A stretch of 36,594 nt of DNA. Origin: Octopus bimaculoides. Its lineage: Eukaryota. The translations under genes were made by a program, and so were the position numbers. How positions within the stretch are numbered: the first letter of the stretch is position 1; each line of letters opens with the position of its first letter. The notes under the pieces were generated by a model. That model had not been told where the DNA came from, ran no database searches, and worked only from the letters and a program-made list of their open reading frames with translations. Where the stretch lies: NCBI RefSeq assembly GCF_001194135.2, contig NC_068997.1:7497497-7534090 (forward strand). The letters are read 5' to 3'. This document shows, piece by piece, positions 12,491 through 23,825 of the stretch.

Positions 12491-14173
12491 AGACATGGCA
12501 AGACAAACATTCGGTGCAAATCGCTGGTCTGTCTCAGTTCAAATGTTTGGTGTTGCTGGTATTGATCTGTAAATATTCATAGCGTATTACCAGAGCCTGG
12601 TAAGGTCTCCAGGCATCATGATTACAGCTCCTTGTTAGCCTAATATGTAAAGAAAATAATACAACGATATAATCTAATGCAGACTAGACATACTAATTTA
12701 TCGCTATTTGTAGAATTACTACGTTACTGCTGGATGGTCATGTCTGGAAAATTTTGATCATACGGTTGGCCTGGGGCTTAACAACAGCAGCAAAAATAGT
12801 ACAGAAGCTTCTAGACCTTCTAGAAGTGGCTGTCAAATCTGTTCAAATCACAGTTAACTCTTTTCAAAGTGGGAAAACATTGGATGGTGTAGATTTAGGT
12901 ATAAAAAACCTGAAGAAAAAGACGAGATGGCTATGGTTGGAAAACCTTCGTTCATATGTCTGCTCTTTTCCCTATATACAGAGAACCCAGAATCACATTA
13001 TTCAATTTCTCACGTCGTTAAGGGTGTGATAAGGGCGTGAGGGAGAATTATCGGCTATTTCTGGCAGGTTGAGTGATGACGTAACGGTATCTTCGCTGGG
13101 TTTTCCCTTGTTACCTTTGTCTGCCAAAAATTACAGTTTGTTGCTAATTTGTTGCATCAGAGTGAGAAAACGATAAGCTGGATCTAAGGGAAAATCTTTA
13201 AGTAAAACCCAGCTACTCACATCTCATCGTATCAAGTTATGCTAAGCTGTCAGACGTTATTAAAATTGTGATGTATTTTTGTTCTGAATTTACAATGAAA
13301 AATTTTTTTCTGCTTTTTAATAGACAATAAAACTTACTGATCTGAACTACAAAGAGACTCAAAATATATTTGTTTTGTTTCATTTTAATGTAAAGAATAG
13401 ACTGAAGAACTTTTAAGTTATTTGGAGAAATACGAGTAATCAAAATTTTAGATTGGAACATAATTCCTCGTTTATTTTCTCCTTTTGTTTGTTTGTTGTG
13501 AAGCTTTTATTATAAATTATTTTAGCAAACGCAGTAAATTGTAAAACAGGCAAACAGTAGAATATATGTCTTGGAAAAGATGTAAATACATATTTTGTAA
13601 TAATATCTAAGCTTAAGAAGGTTCAACTGTACTCTAACGTCGAAGACAGGCAAATAAGAGCTGAGAGATTGTCGTAAGTATCACGTTTCTTAGGTAAAAT
13701 GTAACTGTCTTTCATTTTGGCCCCAGACTCTGCTCTCCTTAGAAAATGAATCAGATTTTTAAAATTTGATTTAGAGAAAGAAAAAGAATCGATTAAAGGA
13801 ATCAAATAATGTCTTATGGTAGCGTTTATGCTTATGGCTGTGGTCACTAACAGTCTGGCTACATGCCGTTGTTGTAGTATAGCAGCAGACTTGTTTTGTC
13901 TGAACAAACTCATAATCCGGGTTTTCCAACCATGGCTCTCAAGTTTTATTTTTATATCATAGATTACATGGTCGAATGTATCCTCCCTTTGCTGTGACGT
14001 TAACACGGGATTTGAAGTATATATAGCTACTATATTTAGCATGTCAAACAATCAGGTTTCATTTACTCGCCAAACTCAGATAGATCCTGGTTTCTGCTGT
14101 AAATTGTCTGCGGTATCGGATACCACGTGCCTCCCCTAGAATAACAACAACAACAATAATAATAATAATAATA

Positions 14174-14795
14174 TCAAAATGACACCCTCGAGTGAAATGC
14201 TACAGAAAACAAAGCCGGTGTATGATGTGAGAAGAGGTAAGGAAAAATTAAACCACTTGCTATTCATGGACGACCTGAAACTATTCACAAAAGCCACTAG
14301 CCCAGAAGGAATATAAGAGACACCACGACAATATAGCCAGGCTTGTCCATTGGACACTTTGCAACAAGTATGGACTTGACAGAGCAAAAAAGTGGTACGA
14401 ACATAAACCCGAAGGCATCATCGAAAATGCTAATGCAAAGATCGTATGGGTTTTTATGATTCAGTGCGACCATGAGATAGAGAATAGGAAACCAGACATA
14501 GTGATAATTGAGAAAGGAAGCAAACGATGCTGACAACAAGGTATGCGATAAGGAAGAAAGAAAAGTCGATAGATATGACAGGTTAGCTTGGGAGGGTAAG
14601 CAGTTGTGGTTGCTGAAAAGGTGGTAGTAGGGGCTGCAATAAGGGTGGAGCACTTGCAGAAACCAGCATTGCTTGGAACCACTCGAATATTCCGGATGGT
14701 GCTCGAAAAATAAGGGGTGTTACCTTTGTTCACTGGTAGTGAACAACTGACACCGTAGTACATCTCCAGCGTTAGAAACTGTGCAAAGACAATAA
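14174..14795 (+). mobile_element. Dong/R4-type (RLE endonuclease) non-LTR retrotransposon relic, 5'-truncated and internally deleted
   Basis: RT motif LNHLLFMDDLKLF (14248-14286), then LAQKEYKRHHDNIARLVHW..KKWYEHKPEGIIEN..IQCDHEIENRKPDIVIIEK (RLE PD motif), C-terminus LQKPALLGTTRIFRMVLEK* (stop 14711-14713), short 3' UTR, (TAA)n on both sides. Confidence 0.9.
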
Positions 14796-14817
14796 AATAA
14801 TAATAATAATAATAATG

Positions 14818-14851
<34 letters not shown>

Positions 14852-14865
14852 TAATAATAATAATG

Positions 14866-14935
<70 letters not shown>
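14796..14935. repeat. (TAA)n tail / target microsatellite
   Basis: About 46 units with a few TGA variants; the left flank 14141-14173 is (AAC)/(AAT)n. Confidence 0.95.
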
Positions 14936-14974
14936 GCCCCAATAGATAACTTAGTTGACAATGCGTGAGGGGGA

Positions 14975-15140
14975 AGGGAGAACAGCAGAATGGTTAAGAA
15001 ATTAGTTTTCCTATTTTGAAGTCCCAGATTCGACTTCATTGCGGGATATGTAGGTAAATGTCTTTTGCTGTATCCTTGAATCAGTTTAAGTCTCGTGAGT
15101 GAAGTTGGTTAGTCTGAAACTGTGTGGAAGCCCGTCGGAT
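14975..15140 (+). mobile_element. Highly degenerate type B SINE head
   Basis: cagaatggttaagaa..gattcgacttcattgcg..gtaaatgtcttttgctgtatcc..gaaactgtgtggaagcccgtcg follows the type B layout. Confidence 0.55.
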
Positions 15141-15973
15141 AGATTGTAGTAGTAATACAGAAGGTCCATTTCTTGTGTATGGATGGGGTAGATTTGTTTT
15201 ATCGGGTTTGATCTGCATCTAAATAGCAACAACAACAGCAGTAATCTGGTTGTTTCTTTTTCGGAGTTATGGATTCACTTAATTCGATAAAAAGCAAAAT
15301 CTTATCCTCATTAATTATGGAAGTTGTCAACAAGCAATTTACCGGAAGTACGCCGAGAGACAGAAATCATCAATAAACGATTCTCCATGCTATTTAAAAA
15401 AAAAAAAATAAAGCAAAATCTAACTTTTAAAATATTAATTTACTCGATTTTTTTCTATTTTCTATTTTTGCGGCTAATGTGAAATTCTGGAACATTAATT
15501 AGCCTTGCTAAAGGGTTAATATTGAAGGTATGAGAGTGATCTCATTAAGGTAATTTCTAAAGATTAATTACATTGTCGTTGACATCTATCATGGTTGAAA
15601 AATAACTGAAGCAAACCTCATGTGAGAAGGTTGTAACATTGATTATAGAATGTTATAAAGAATCCTATAAATAATCCTGAGTGGTTTTTATATTTCTTGC
15701 AATACTGAGAGAGCGTAGGTTGATGCGATTAAAAGATGACTTCATATGAAGAGATTTATTTATTTTATATCGTAATTGGAGTATAATGGCGACGTTTTGG
15801 TTCCAGTACTTCAACAGGCCAGTCATTGGTTGCATGTATTTCTGTCCTTAAGAATGACAGAAGAGAGTCTGTATAACTCGATATAGAACAAGCATCATCG
15901 TGGTCTTTACTCAAAGAGCACCGTTTTTTATCGGTGCTCTCGCTGACATCCACACACACACAGAGACACACAC

Positions 15974-16033
<60 letters not shown>

Positions 16034-16383
16034 NNNNNNNNNNNNNNNNNNNNNNNNNNNNNNNNNNNNNNNNNNNNNNNNNNNNNNNNNNNNNNNNNNN
16101 NNNNNNNNNNNNNNNNNNNNNNNNNNNNNNNNNNNNNNNNNNNNNNNNNNNNNNNNNNNNNNNNNNNNNNNNNNNNNNNNNNNNNNNNNNNNNNNNNNNN
16201 NNNNNNNNNNNNNNNNNNNNNNNNNNNNNNNNNNNNNNNNNNNNNNNNNNNNNNNNNNNNNNNNNNNNNNNNNNNNNNNNNNNNNNNNNNNNNNNNNNNN
16301 NNNNNNNNNNNNNNNNNNNNNNNNNNNNNNNNNNNNNNNNNNNNNNNNNNNNNNNNNNNNNNNNNNNNNNNNNNNNNNNNNNN

Positions 16384-17075
16384 GACAGACGAGTCACATT
16401 CTGTGAGCTTGCTGGTCACAATTCATTACAAAAGATTGTGGAAAACTTTGGGTTTCGGGAAATTTGTGTCAACCAGGTTCCTCGGTAGTTGGCACCCGAT
16501 TTGAAGGAGGGAAGGGTAGACGTTTCCTCTTAGCTGCTACAAACATTTTAAGCCAATAAAATCTCGTTCTTTTCCGATGTGGTAAAAGGGGAATGAACCG
16601 TGGCTGTATCTTTATGATCCAAAAATGTAGGATCAGTCCACAGGATGGTGCCACAACTGTTTGGTAAGTTCCCTGACGTTCAAGAGTCAGCGACCAGCAC
16701 AGGAGGTTATGGTTTCTATTATGGAGAGACGACAATAGTGTTATTTTCCTAGATTCTTTGGGAAGTGGCTGTACCGCGAACAAGAAGCAGCACATTGAGA
16801 TATTCAAAAGGTTAGAGAACCATTGGAAGAAAGAGACTAAAGAAAAATTTGAAAGGAATTCTCATTTACAATGACAATCTGCAACCACAGACATCGTTGG
16901 CAGCAAATTAGGCGATCGGCAAGTTCAAGTTGGGTTGGTCAGTGGTTCCTATTCACAGATCAGCCTTGATCTGGTAGCATCGAATTTCCAGCTGTCTGGT
17001 CCAAAGAAAAGGTGTCTTTGGTGATTATGATTTAATGGCAGAGTCGAGGTAAAAGAGGCTGTGAAGATGTGAGCA
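16384..17075 (+). pseudogene. Mariner (Tc1/mariner) transposase relic
   Basis: Fragments DRRVT..ELA, ICVNQVPR (WVPR-like), GdEPWLYLYDP (first catalytic D region), FKSQRPAQEVM, HNDN-like, SLDLVASNFQL (YSPDLAPSDF-like), EVKEAVKM; many stops and frameshifts; 5' end in gap. Confidence 0.85.
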
Positions 17076-17222
17076 CACCAGTGCAAACCAGGAGTTAGTT
17101 CATACATCCACTTTTTTGTCCATTTTCTTTTCCCCTCAATATTTACAATTTTAATATGTAAACAATATGATCAAAAATATAAAAAATAGGTAATGAGTGT
17201 ATATGTATATTTAAAGAATTAT

Positions 17223-17273
<51 letters not shown>

Positions 17274-17688
17274 CTCTTTTACTCTTTTACATGTTTCAGT
17301 CATTTTACTGCGGCCATGCTGGAGCACCGCCTTTAGTCGAGCAAATCGACCCTAGGACTTATTCTTTGGGTGCCTAGTACCTATTCTATCGGTTTCTTTT
17401 GCCGATCCGCTACGTTACGGGGACCTAAACACACCACCATCGGTTGTCAAGTGATGTTGGGGGGGGGGACAAACACAGACACACAAACATATACACACAT
17501 ATACATACATATATATACATATATACGACAGGCTTCTTTCAGTTTCCGTCTACCAAATCCACTCACAAGGCTTTGGTCGGCCCGAGGCTATAGTAGAAGA
17601 CACTTACCCAAGGTGCTACGCAGTGGGACTGAACCCAGAACCATGTGGTTGGTAAGCAAGCTACTTACCACACAGCCACTCCTGCGCC
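17274..17688 (-). mobile_element. Full-length type B SINE (tRNA head, CORE-like centre, internal TA/TG microsatellite)
   Basis: Minus strand ggcgcaggagtggctgtgtggtaag (A-box-like), gggttcagtccc (B-box-like), ttgggtaagtgtcttctactatagcc, tail gtaaaagagtaaaagag; flanked by (TA)n. Confidence 0.9.
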
Positions 17689-17765
17689 TGTATATATATA
17701 TATAGTTTGAGGAAGTTATATCCTCATTAGGGATTATATAATCCAAGATATTCCACTGGCTAATC

Positions 17766-17978
17766 CTTTCTACTATAGGCACAAGGCCTGAAATTTGGGG
17801 AGAGGGATTAAGTCGATTACATCGACCCCAGTACTCAACTGGTACTTAATTTATCGACCCCGAAAGGACGAAAGGCAAAGTCGATCTCGGCGGAATTTGA
17901 ACTCAGAACGTAGCGATGGATGCAATACCGCTAAGCATTCCGTCCGGCGTGCTAACGATTCTGCCAGCTCGCCACCTT
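17766..17978 (-). mobile_element. Full-length type A SINE with 15-bp TSD
   Basis: Aligns end to end with the 1099 copy; flanked by ttccactggctaatc (17751-17765) and ttccactggttaatc (17979-17993). Confidence 0.92.
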
Positions 17979-18196
17979 TTCCACTGGTTAATCTCTATCA
18001 TATTATGCGAAAGTCACTGGTATATGTTAGGGATTATTAAAAATATATATTATAAATATTGAGGGAAAAAGAAAATGGAGAGAAAAGTGGATGTATGAAT
18101 AATTTATTTGTCCTGTTATGTTTTATAAAAGAAATTTTCTTCATTTTATAACATACAAAGAAATTAGTCATGCATCCATTTTTTTCTCCTTATTAG

Positions 18197-18293
18197 GTGC
18201 GCTGTGTAAATGCTCTAATTGGTCATCCATTAGGTTCTAAGTTGACAGCTGAGGCTGCAGCTAGGGATCCGTGGCAGGCTTCCGAGCTAACAG
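18197..18293 (+). CDS. Candidate internal coding exon B (VRCVNALIGHPLGSKLTAEAAARDPWQASELT)
   Basis: Strong pyrimidine acceptor tttttctccttattag, 97 bp GC-enriched open frame in AT-rich flanks, donor acag/gtatat; phase 0 to phase 1; no repeat similarity seen. Confidence 0.6.
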
Positions 18294-18469
18294 GTATATA
18301 TTAGAGGAAAAAGAACAACAAAAACCAAGGTAGGACGAGTGTCTCAAGTCATTCAATTAGTGTAAGGTGAATTTGAAGTAATTAATTAGTGAATGAATGA
18401 ATGAATTAATTAATTAATTAATTAATTATTGGATGTCTTACATCTGTTTCTGGATTTATATATATATTT

Positions 18470-18600
18470 AATTCCACGTACAGGGTATTTGTCAACAAGC
18501 GGTTATGGTAGAAGATACTTGCTCAAGATATTGCGAGTGATATCCATCCTAGAATCTCATTGTTGTGAAAAGAATTTGTAAACCACCCAACTGTGTCTGT
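18470..18600 (-). mobile_element. Very old type B SINE head remnant
   Basis: Minus strand tcttgagcaagtatcttctaccataacc resembles the type B centre. Confidence 0.45.
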
Positions 18601-19014
18601 GTTGATGTTAGCCATAATGTTTTGAAATGGATTGTAATTGATCCATTGGCGGATTAATGAGATGAAGAATCTGTCTCCATAATGGTTTATCGATTAAAAA
18701 TATCATAAATGTCCATGAATTCAGGATCTCATTGAATTAATTTTGTGTTAAATCTCACCAATAACTGCAGAGAATGAATATATACGACAGCGTTCGTATA
18801 TATATATATATATATATGCGTTTACAAATGTAAATATGTGAATACGTTTGAGTGAGTATTTCTTTCTATCTTTATTTGAAGTTTTGTAATTAGTTTGACG
18901 TAATTAATTCAACTTTCATTCTATGTAGGCGTATTCAAATGTTCGCTTATGTTGCTATATTCCTTATAAATGTCTCATCGTTCTGTGTATTGTTGTTGCT
19001 TTTATGTACATAAA

Positions 19015-19381
19015 TTTGAGTTTATGTTGTATCTGTATACATGTGAAAATACGAAAGGACGTTTATGCGTTTATATATATCCGAATAACATACACCTGAT
19101 TTTTTAACGATTACCTCAATGACTTTACTAATCCACAAGAATTAATGGTGAAAATAAACAACATTAATATTATCCGGTTATTTCGAGCTACAAGACCAGG
19201 GAGGCTTGCAAAGATTATATGTATTGTCCCCATTTTCTTTCTTTACCTCAAACAAACATGTCTGCTTCAAATACTCTGCTCTCCGATCCGTAACACTGCA
19301 TGTTAACTCATTGAATTTCATATAAATGCATAAACGTCCCTTCGTATCTTCGCATGTGCATAGATAGAATATAAATACAAA
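19015..19381. repeat. 61-bp inverted repeat pair with about 245 bp spacer
   Basis: 19015-19075 versus reverse complement of 19321-19381: 50/61 identical, ungapped. Confidence 0.7.
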
Positions 19382-19629
19382 CACACACACACACATACAT
19401 ATTTATAGCAAACTCTCTNNNNNNNNNNNNNNNNNNNNNNNNNNNNNNNNNNNNNNNNNNNNNNNNNNNNNNNNNNNNNNNNNNNNNNNNNNNNNNNNNN
19501 NNNNNNNNNNNNNNNNNNNNNNNNNNNNNNNNNNNNNNNNNNNNNNNNNNNNNNNNNNNNNNNNNNNNNNNNNNNNNNNNNNNNNNNNNNNNNNNNNNNN
19601 ATATATATATAAATATGTATAGCAGAAAC

Positions 19630-19860
19630 TCGCTCCAAGGCGAACGCACAACTGGTGAGATATTCAGAGGAAGAATTCCCATCCGACAAGTGCTTCGGCC
19701 CATATATCTGACACTCTACGGGAGCCGGACCCACCCAGGTCATGACTTCTAGGTGTCCTCCATCTGCTTTCCAAAATCGTGTCTCCAGCAGGATTTGAAG
19801 CTGGGTCGTTCTGTTGTTCCCAGGCCTGTGTTTCAGCCCACCGAGCCACTCTAACTGACT
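19630..19860 (-). mobile_element. tRNA-derived SINE, third family (type C)
   Basis: Minus strand gtggctcggtgg (A-box-like) and gcttcaaatcctgctgg (B-box-like) followed by a GC-rich body unrelated to types A and B. Confidence 0.6.
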
Positions 19861-20284
19861 AAGGAACCAGTGTTCTCTTCTTACTTCTATTCCTGTAAAT
19901 ATACAAAATATAGTAGCACATAAAAACTTGTATTGTGTCCATTAAATAATATGTATAGATATATATTCCACCATTAAGTTTTATGAAGCTTGTTTTTGGT
20001 GTGGTTTCATGTTTGTGATATGATATAGCTTAAGAAACAAGGTACCTCGTAGTCTTGATTAGATGTTATCACATCGAGTGATAACATATTAATTTGCCGG
20101 TTCCTTTGTATTCTAATTTTTGAATCACACTGTCTTGTTTTACGAGTAATTTCTCGCTTTTATAGATATTGTTTTTTTAAGTATAAGTTAATAATAATCG
20201 CTTAATTTGATGTTGTTGCCGTTAGTAATAAGCAGGTATTGGCTTAATGGAAAAAATCCTAAATTTTATTTAATTTGATTTGCG

Positions 20285-20480
20285 GGAAGGACTGTTTCAA
20301 CGAAGTCGCGTATTGTCCTTGCCTTCGAAACGCGGAGTAGATGAAACAGGGACAACTGACAAAGGGATATACTCTTTATGTTGCATGTCTCGTTTCTCTG
20401 TTTGTTTTTTTCGTTGTTCGAAAAATGTTTGTTTTCTATGTTTTCGTGTTTATGTTTTCGTTTCTCATTGTGTTTAACGT
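20285..20480 (+). mobile_element. Possible Penelope-like terminal relic
   Basis: gtttcaacgaag...cgaaacgcgg and caactgacaaaggg motifs followed by a T-rich gttttttcgttg tract like that after 35060; heavily degenerate. Confidence 0.3.
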
Positions 20481-22928
20481 TTTTTTTTTATGTCCTGTAC
20501 CCATATATGCATGTATGTATACATATAGATGTAAGTATGTACATATATGTATGGATATATGCATATATTTATATATTATTTATATTACTACTGCTTAGTT
20601 AATTGTTACTAGCCAAGAAATTCCCGTCTCACTTCAACCCCATTAAATGAGTTCACATTTCTGTATTCCTAAATTTAAGCTCAGCTATAGTTGGAAAAAA
20701 AATACGAGAGGAAGGTAGCTGCGCATTTTTAAAACCTTGAAAGTAAAACTATATCTCCAGAACACACATGTGCTTCCACCTCCTCCAATCGTTCGCCATA
20801 TTTTATTTTACTGAGAGTAAATATAAGAATTTTCTTCGTGGTGGGGAGGAATTAGAATCTGAAGAAGGGTATACCTTTACATCTGAACGAGACTAAAAGC
20901 AACATATTTAAAACATGTCTATTCCCAACTTCAGCTGCAATTTTTTAAAGCTATCATTTCTTTTCCTGTACTTTCAATATGCCATTAATTCAAAATATAA
21001 CTCCTGCCTTTGCACTTTTTCTGCTGGTTCACTCTTTTCACAGCAACAATTTTTGCAATAAAAAATATCACAAGCTATAAAAGATAAAAAAGAATCTCAA
21101 ATTTCTTCCCAAAAGTTTAAACTACAGTAAAAAGTATATTTTATTAATTAACTAAAATGCCATCAAGGAAGCCAAAATAAAAGAGAAAAAGCTAATGAGA
21201 GAGCAGTCAATGAATTAAATGATTCTAGTGTTAAAATAGTGGAACAAATATGAATCAATCAGTCTCAGACAAAACTTCGTCGGACTCCGGATCTTCTCGT
21301 CGCTAGGGTTTTCCAGAAGTAAGTTTGAAATACTTCGAATGGTTTTAATTTTTTTGCGATCTCTCCGCTCGTTTTTAATCTTCACAGGAGAGTAGAGTCT
21401 GAAGCTTACTGAGGTTGTTTACTATTTCATTGATAGTAGCTATATTTCTTTCGATTTCCTGGTTTAAGGATCAGAAACTGGGATTCTGGAAATAAAAGTT
21501 TTTTTCCATTCTCTCTCCTTTATCTCAAGGAGTACATAACCAGCCGTAAGATTTTCGGTTTTCAGATTATTTTCTTGATAATATTTTTTTCAGAATTCTT
21601 TTTTCAACATAAGAGATTATAATTGTTTTATTTTTACGGTATTTCTGAAGGTATTAATTGTTCAGTAATTAACACCACAAGATTTCATGTGCTCTCTAAC
21701 AGCTTCATCGATAACATGCAACATTAGGATAGTTGACTTATTCTTAAATCTCGTCACTCAAACGACAACCAGAAAAGTATTTTAAAAACTCTTATTTCAA
21801 AATGATCTTAAGTTGAAAATATTCTGTGGCTGTCTCTGTCGAATCGGTTATAATTGGAGATATGTGTGTGATGGCAGCAGCGGCTTGTTTACATTATTTT
21901 CGATCTGTCATACGACAAATTTTGGCCGGTACGCCGAGTTTTGAGAAGATCGCGTAGCAGGGAATAACAATTGCTATACATGACTGCTATTTTCTCTGCC
22001 AACAAAGATGTTTGTTGCTAAAGTTGTTTTGCTGTGAAAAAAAATTTCAGTTCAGGAAAAATTTCGTCCCAGTATTTTTTATCGCTTCATATCAGGAGAT
22101 TTTGATTTAAATATAAAGACCAAGCGAAGCGAGAAGAGAACATTCATCATCTTAACTAAGGTGTTGTCTGCACTGCTTGTTTTTGTGTCAGTGTTGGCGT
22201 TGTTATCAACATTAGCCATTATCGTAAAAGCAAAGTTCCAAGTGATGTAAGATATATTTTGTAATTCGATCTGTATAACGCTAAGTTGGTACGTAGAAGA
22301 TATTTCTGTTATTTATAACAGAAGAAATAAACCAATTACTGATTTTAACTGACGAGATGGGCATAATTGGAAAGGAAACGTTTAAAAAGTATTTATTTCA
22401 GGTAAATTTCACTATTAATTCTAGTTGATCAAGATTAGGAAAAGTTTCCTTAATTTGTCGTGTTGTTGATCTTAATGGCGTTGTTGCCGTTATCCAGACC
22501 AGTTTATGCTTAAAGCCATAACCATTCGTTTCTACTACGAACATTGTGTATCAAAGACTACATTAAATCATGTGTACTTTCCTTTAAAAATCGACTGGGT
22601 GAAATTTAAGGGGAATTTGGTTCCTATTTCTAACAAGTCGGACTGCCGCACAGAAGCACACTTATTAGTTTGAGTTCTGGAATGTAATATAAACAGGTCA
22701 TGCAAGGAATGACGTAAGAAAACGCTTACGTCATTTACTAAAATGTTTTTGGTGCACTTCACAGTTTTTGGAATTAGAGAATTCTTGGATTACTTTATAA
22801 GCTTAGAACGTGGACATTTTGTAAACAAATTCCACACTTACATAAACCCACGTTCAGTCTGTTTGGAATATTCATGCATAATACACATGTGTATATATGT
22901 CTATGTATATAAAGACGTTTGTATATAA

Positions 22929-22999
<71 letters not shown>

Positions 23000-23774
23000 C
23001 ACATGCATGTATGTATATACATATGCATGTGCGGCCGTGTGCGTTCGTGTGTGTGTGTATGTGTGTGTGTGTGCGTGCGTGTTTCTGCTAATGCACTTTG
23101 GACATAAAAGTCAAAGCCACTACCTGAAGCTGACAGATACTTTTGATCACGAAAAGTCAAACAAATGGAGGGAAATAAACATTTAGCCGTTCTCACGCAC
23201 AGCCACCACCCCACACGCACACATACACACGCACATGTGTGTATGTGTGTGTGTGTGTTCTGTTGGTTGGTGTGATTGTGTCTGTGTGGATAAGTGTGCG
23301 TGTGCACACACACATTTATAGAAGTAGGCAGACGGCTAAAAGCATGTTCTCCAGACACAAATCAAATGAAATGACGATGTAAATATTAGTTAACGTAATG
23401 GAGAAAATTAACGAATGTCACAAATGTAAATATTTCCAAAAATATGCACGAACAATAGATGAATATGTGTTAAAAAATTGATTGGGGGTATTGAAGCTAA
23501 TTATATTTGGAGCCCAATACACGGAGTTGCGAAAAGGAAGGTAAAATGGACTTTGTGAGTCCTGAGTAAGCGAAAACGGTTGTAGAGATGAATGCTTCCC
23601 TTTTAAAATCTTTGGATTTCCTGGTTAAAAGCATGGCGCGGCATCGGTTTCTCTTGTTTATTTGGTTGTCGGTTCAGTGTCAACTTTCTAAATTTACGTC
23701 TCATGACAACGAGCTATTAACAACGGAGTGATTTATGAAAATATAAATATATGGCTAACTGCCAACATATACAG

Positions 23775-23825
23775 ACCGGAGTGCGCACCCAGAGGAGATT
23801 TTATCGCGGCTATTTACAGATAAAG
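23775..23825 (+). CDS. Candidate 51-bp exon C (DRSAHPEEILSRLFTDK)
   Basis: Branch-like ggctaac about 20 nt upstream of acatatacag acceptor, donor aag/gtagat, phase 1-1, continues the frame of exon B; poor pyrimidine tract. Confidence 0.3.

Larger units (their letters stand above)
17099..18099. repeat. 51-bp inverted repeat pair enclosing 1 kb (MITE-like shell with two nested SINEs)
   Basis: 17099-17149 versus reverse complement of 18049-18099: 47/51 identical by hand. Confidence 0.75.

Noticed and set aside
12710-13029. Open frames after a tttgtag acceptor (ITTLLLDGHVWK...; ORF 12754-13029)
   Set aside because: Contains two related copies of a gatgg(c/t)..tgg.tggaa motif and an aacaacagcagc tail typical of retroelement 3' ends; better explained as repeat debris.
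13623-14051. 142-aa minus-strand ORF that looks protein-like
   Set aside because: No usable splice acceptor (stop immediately upstream) and it contains gagagccatggttggaaaacc, similar to the repeat-like segment at about 12925-12950; no family motif. A BLASTX hit would revive it.
18221-18236. Thiolase GHPxG motif in exon B
   Set aside because: Lacks the surrounding NGGAIA and ASG context.
22349-22379. CTGACGA...GAAAC hammerhead-like core
   Set aside because: No complementary stem II or stem I around it.
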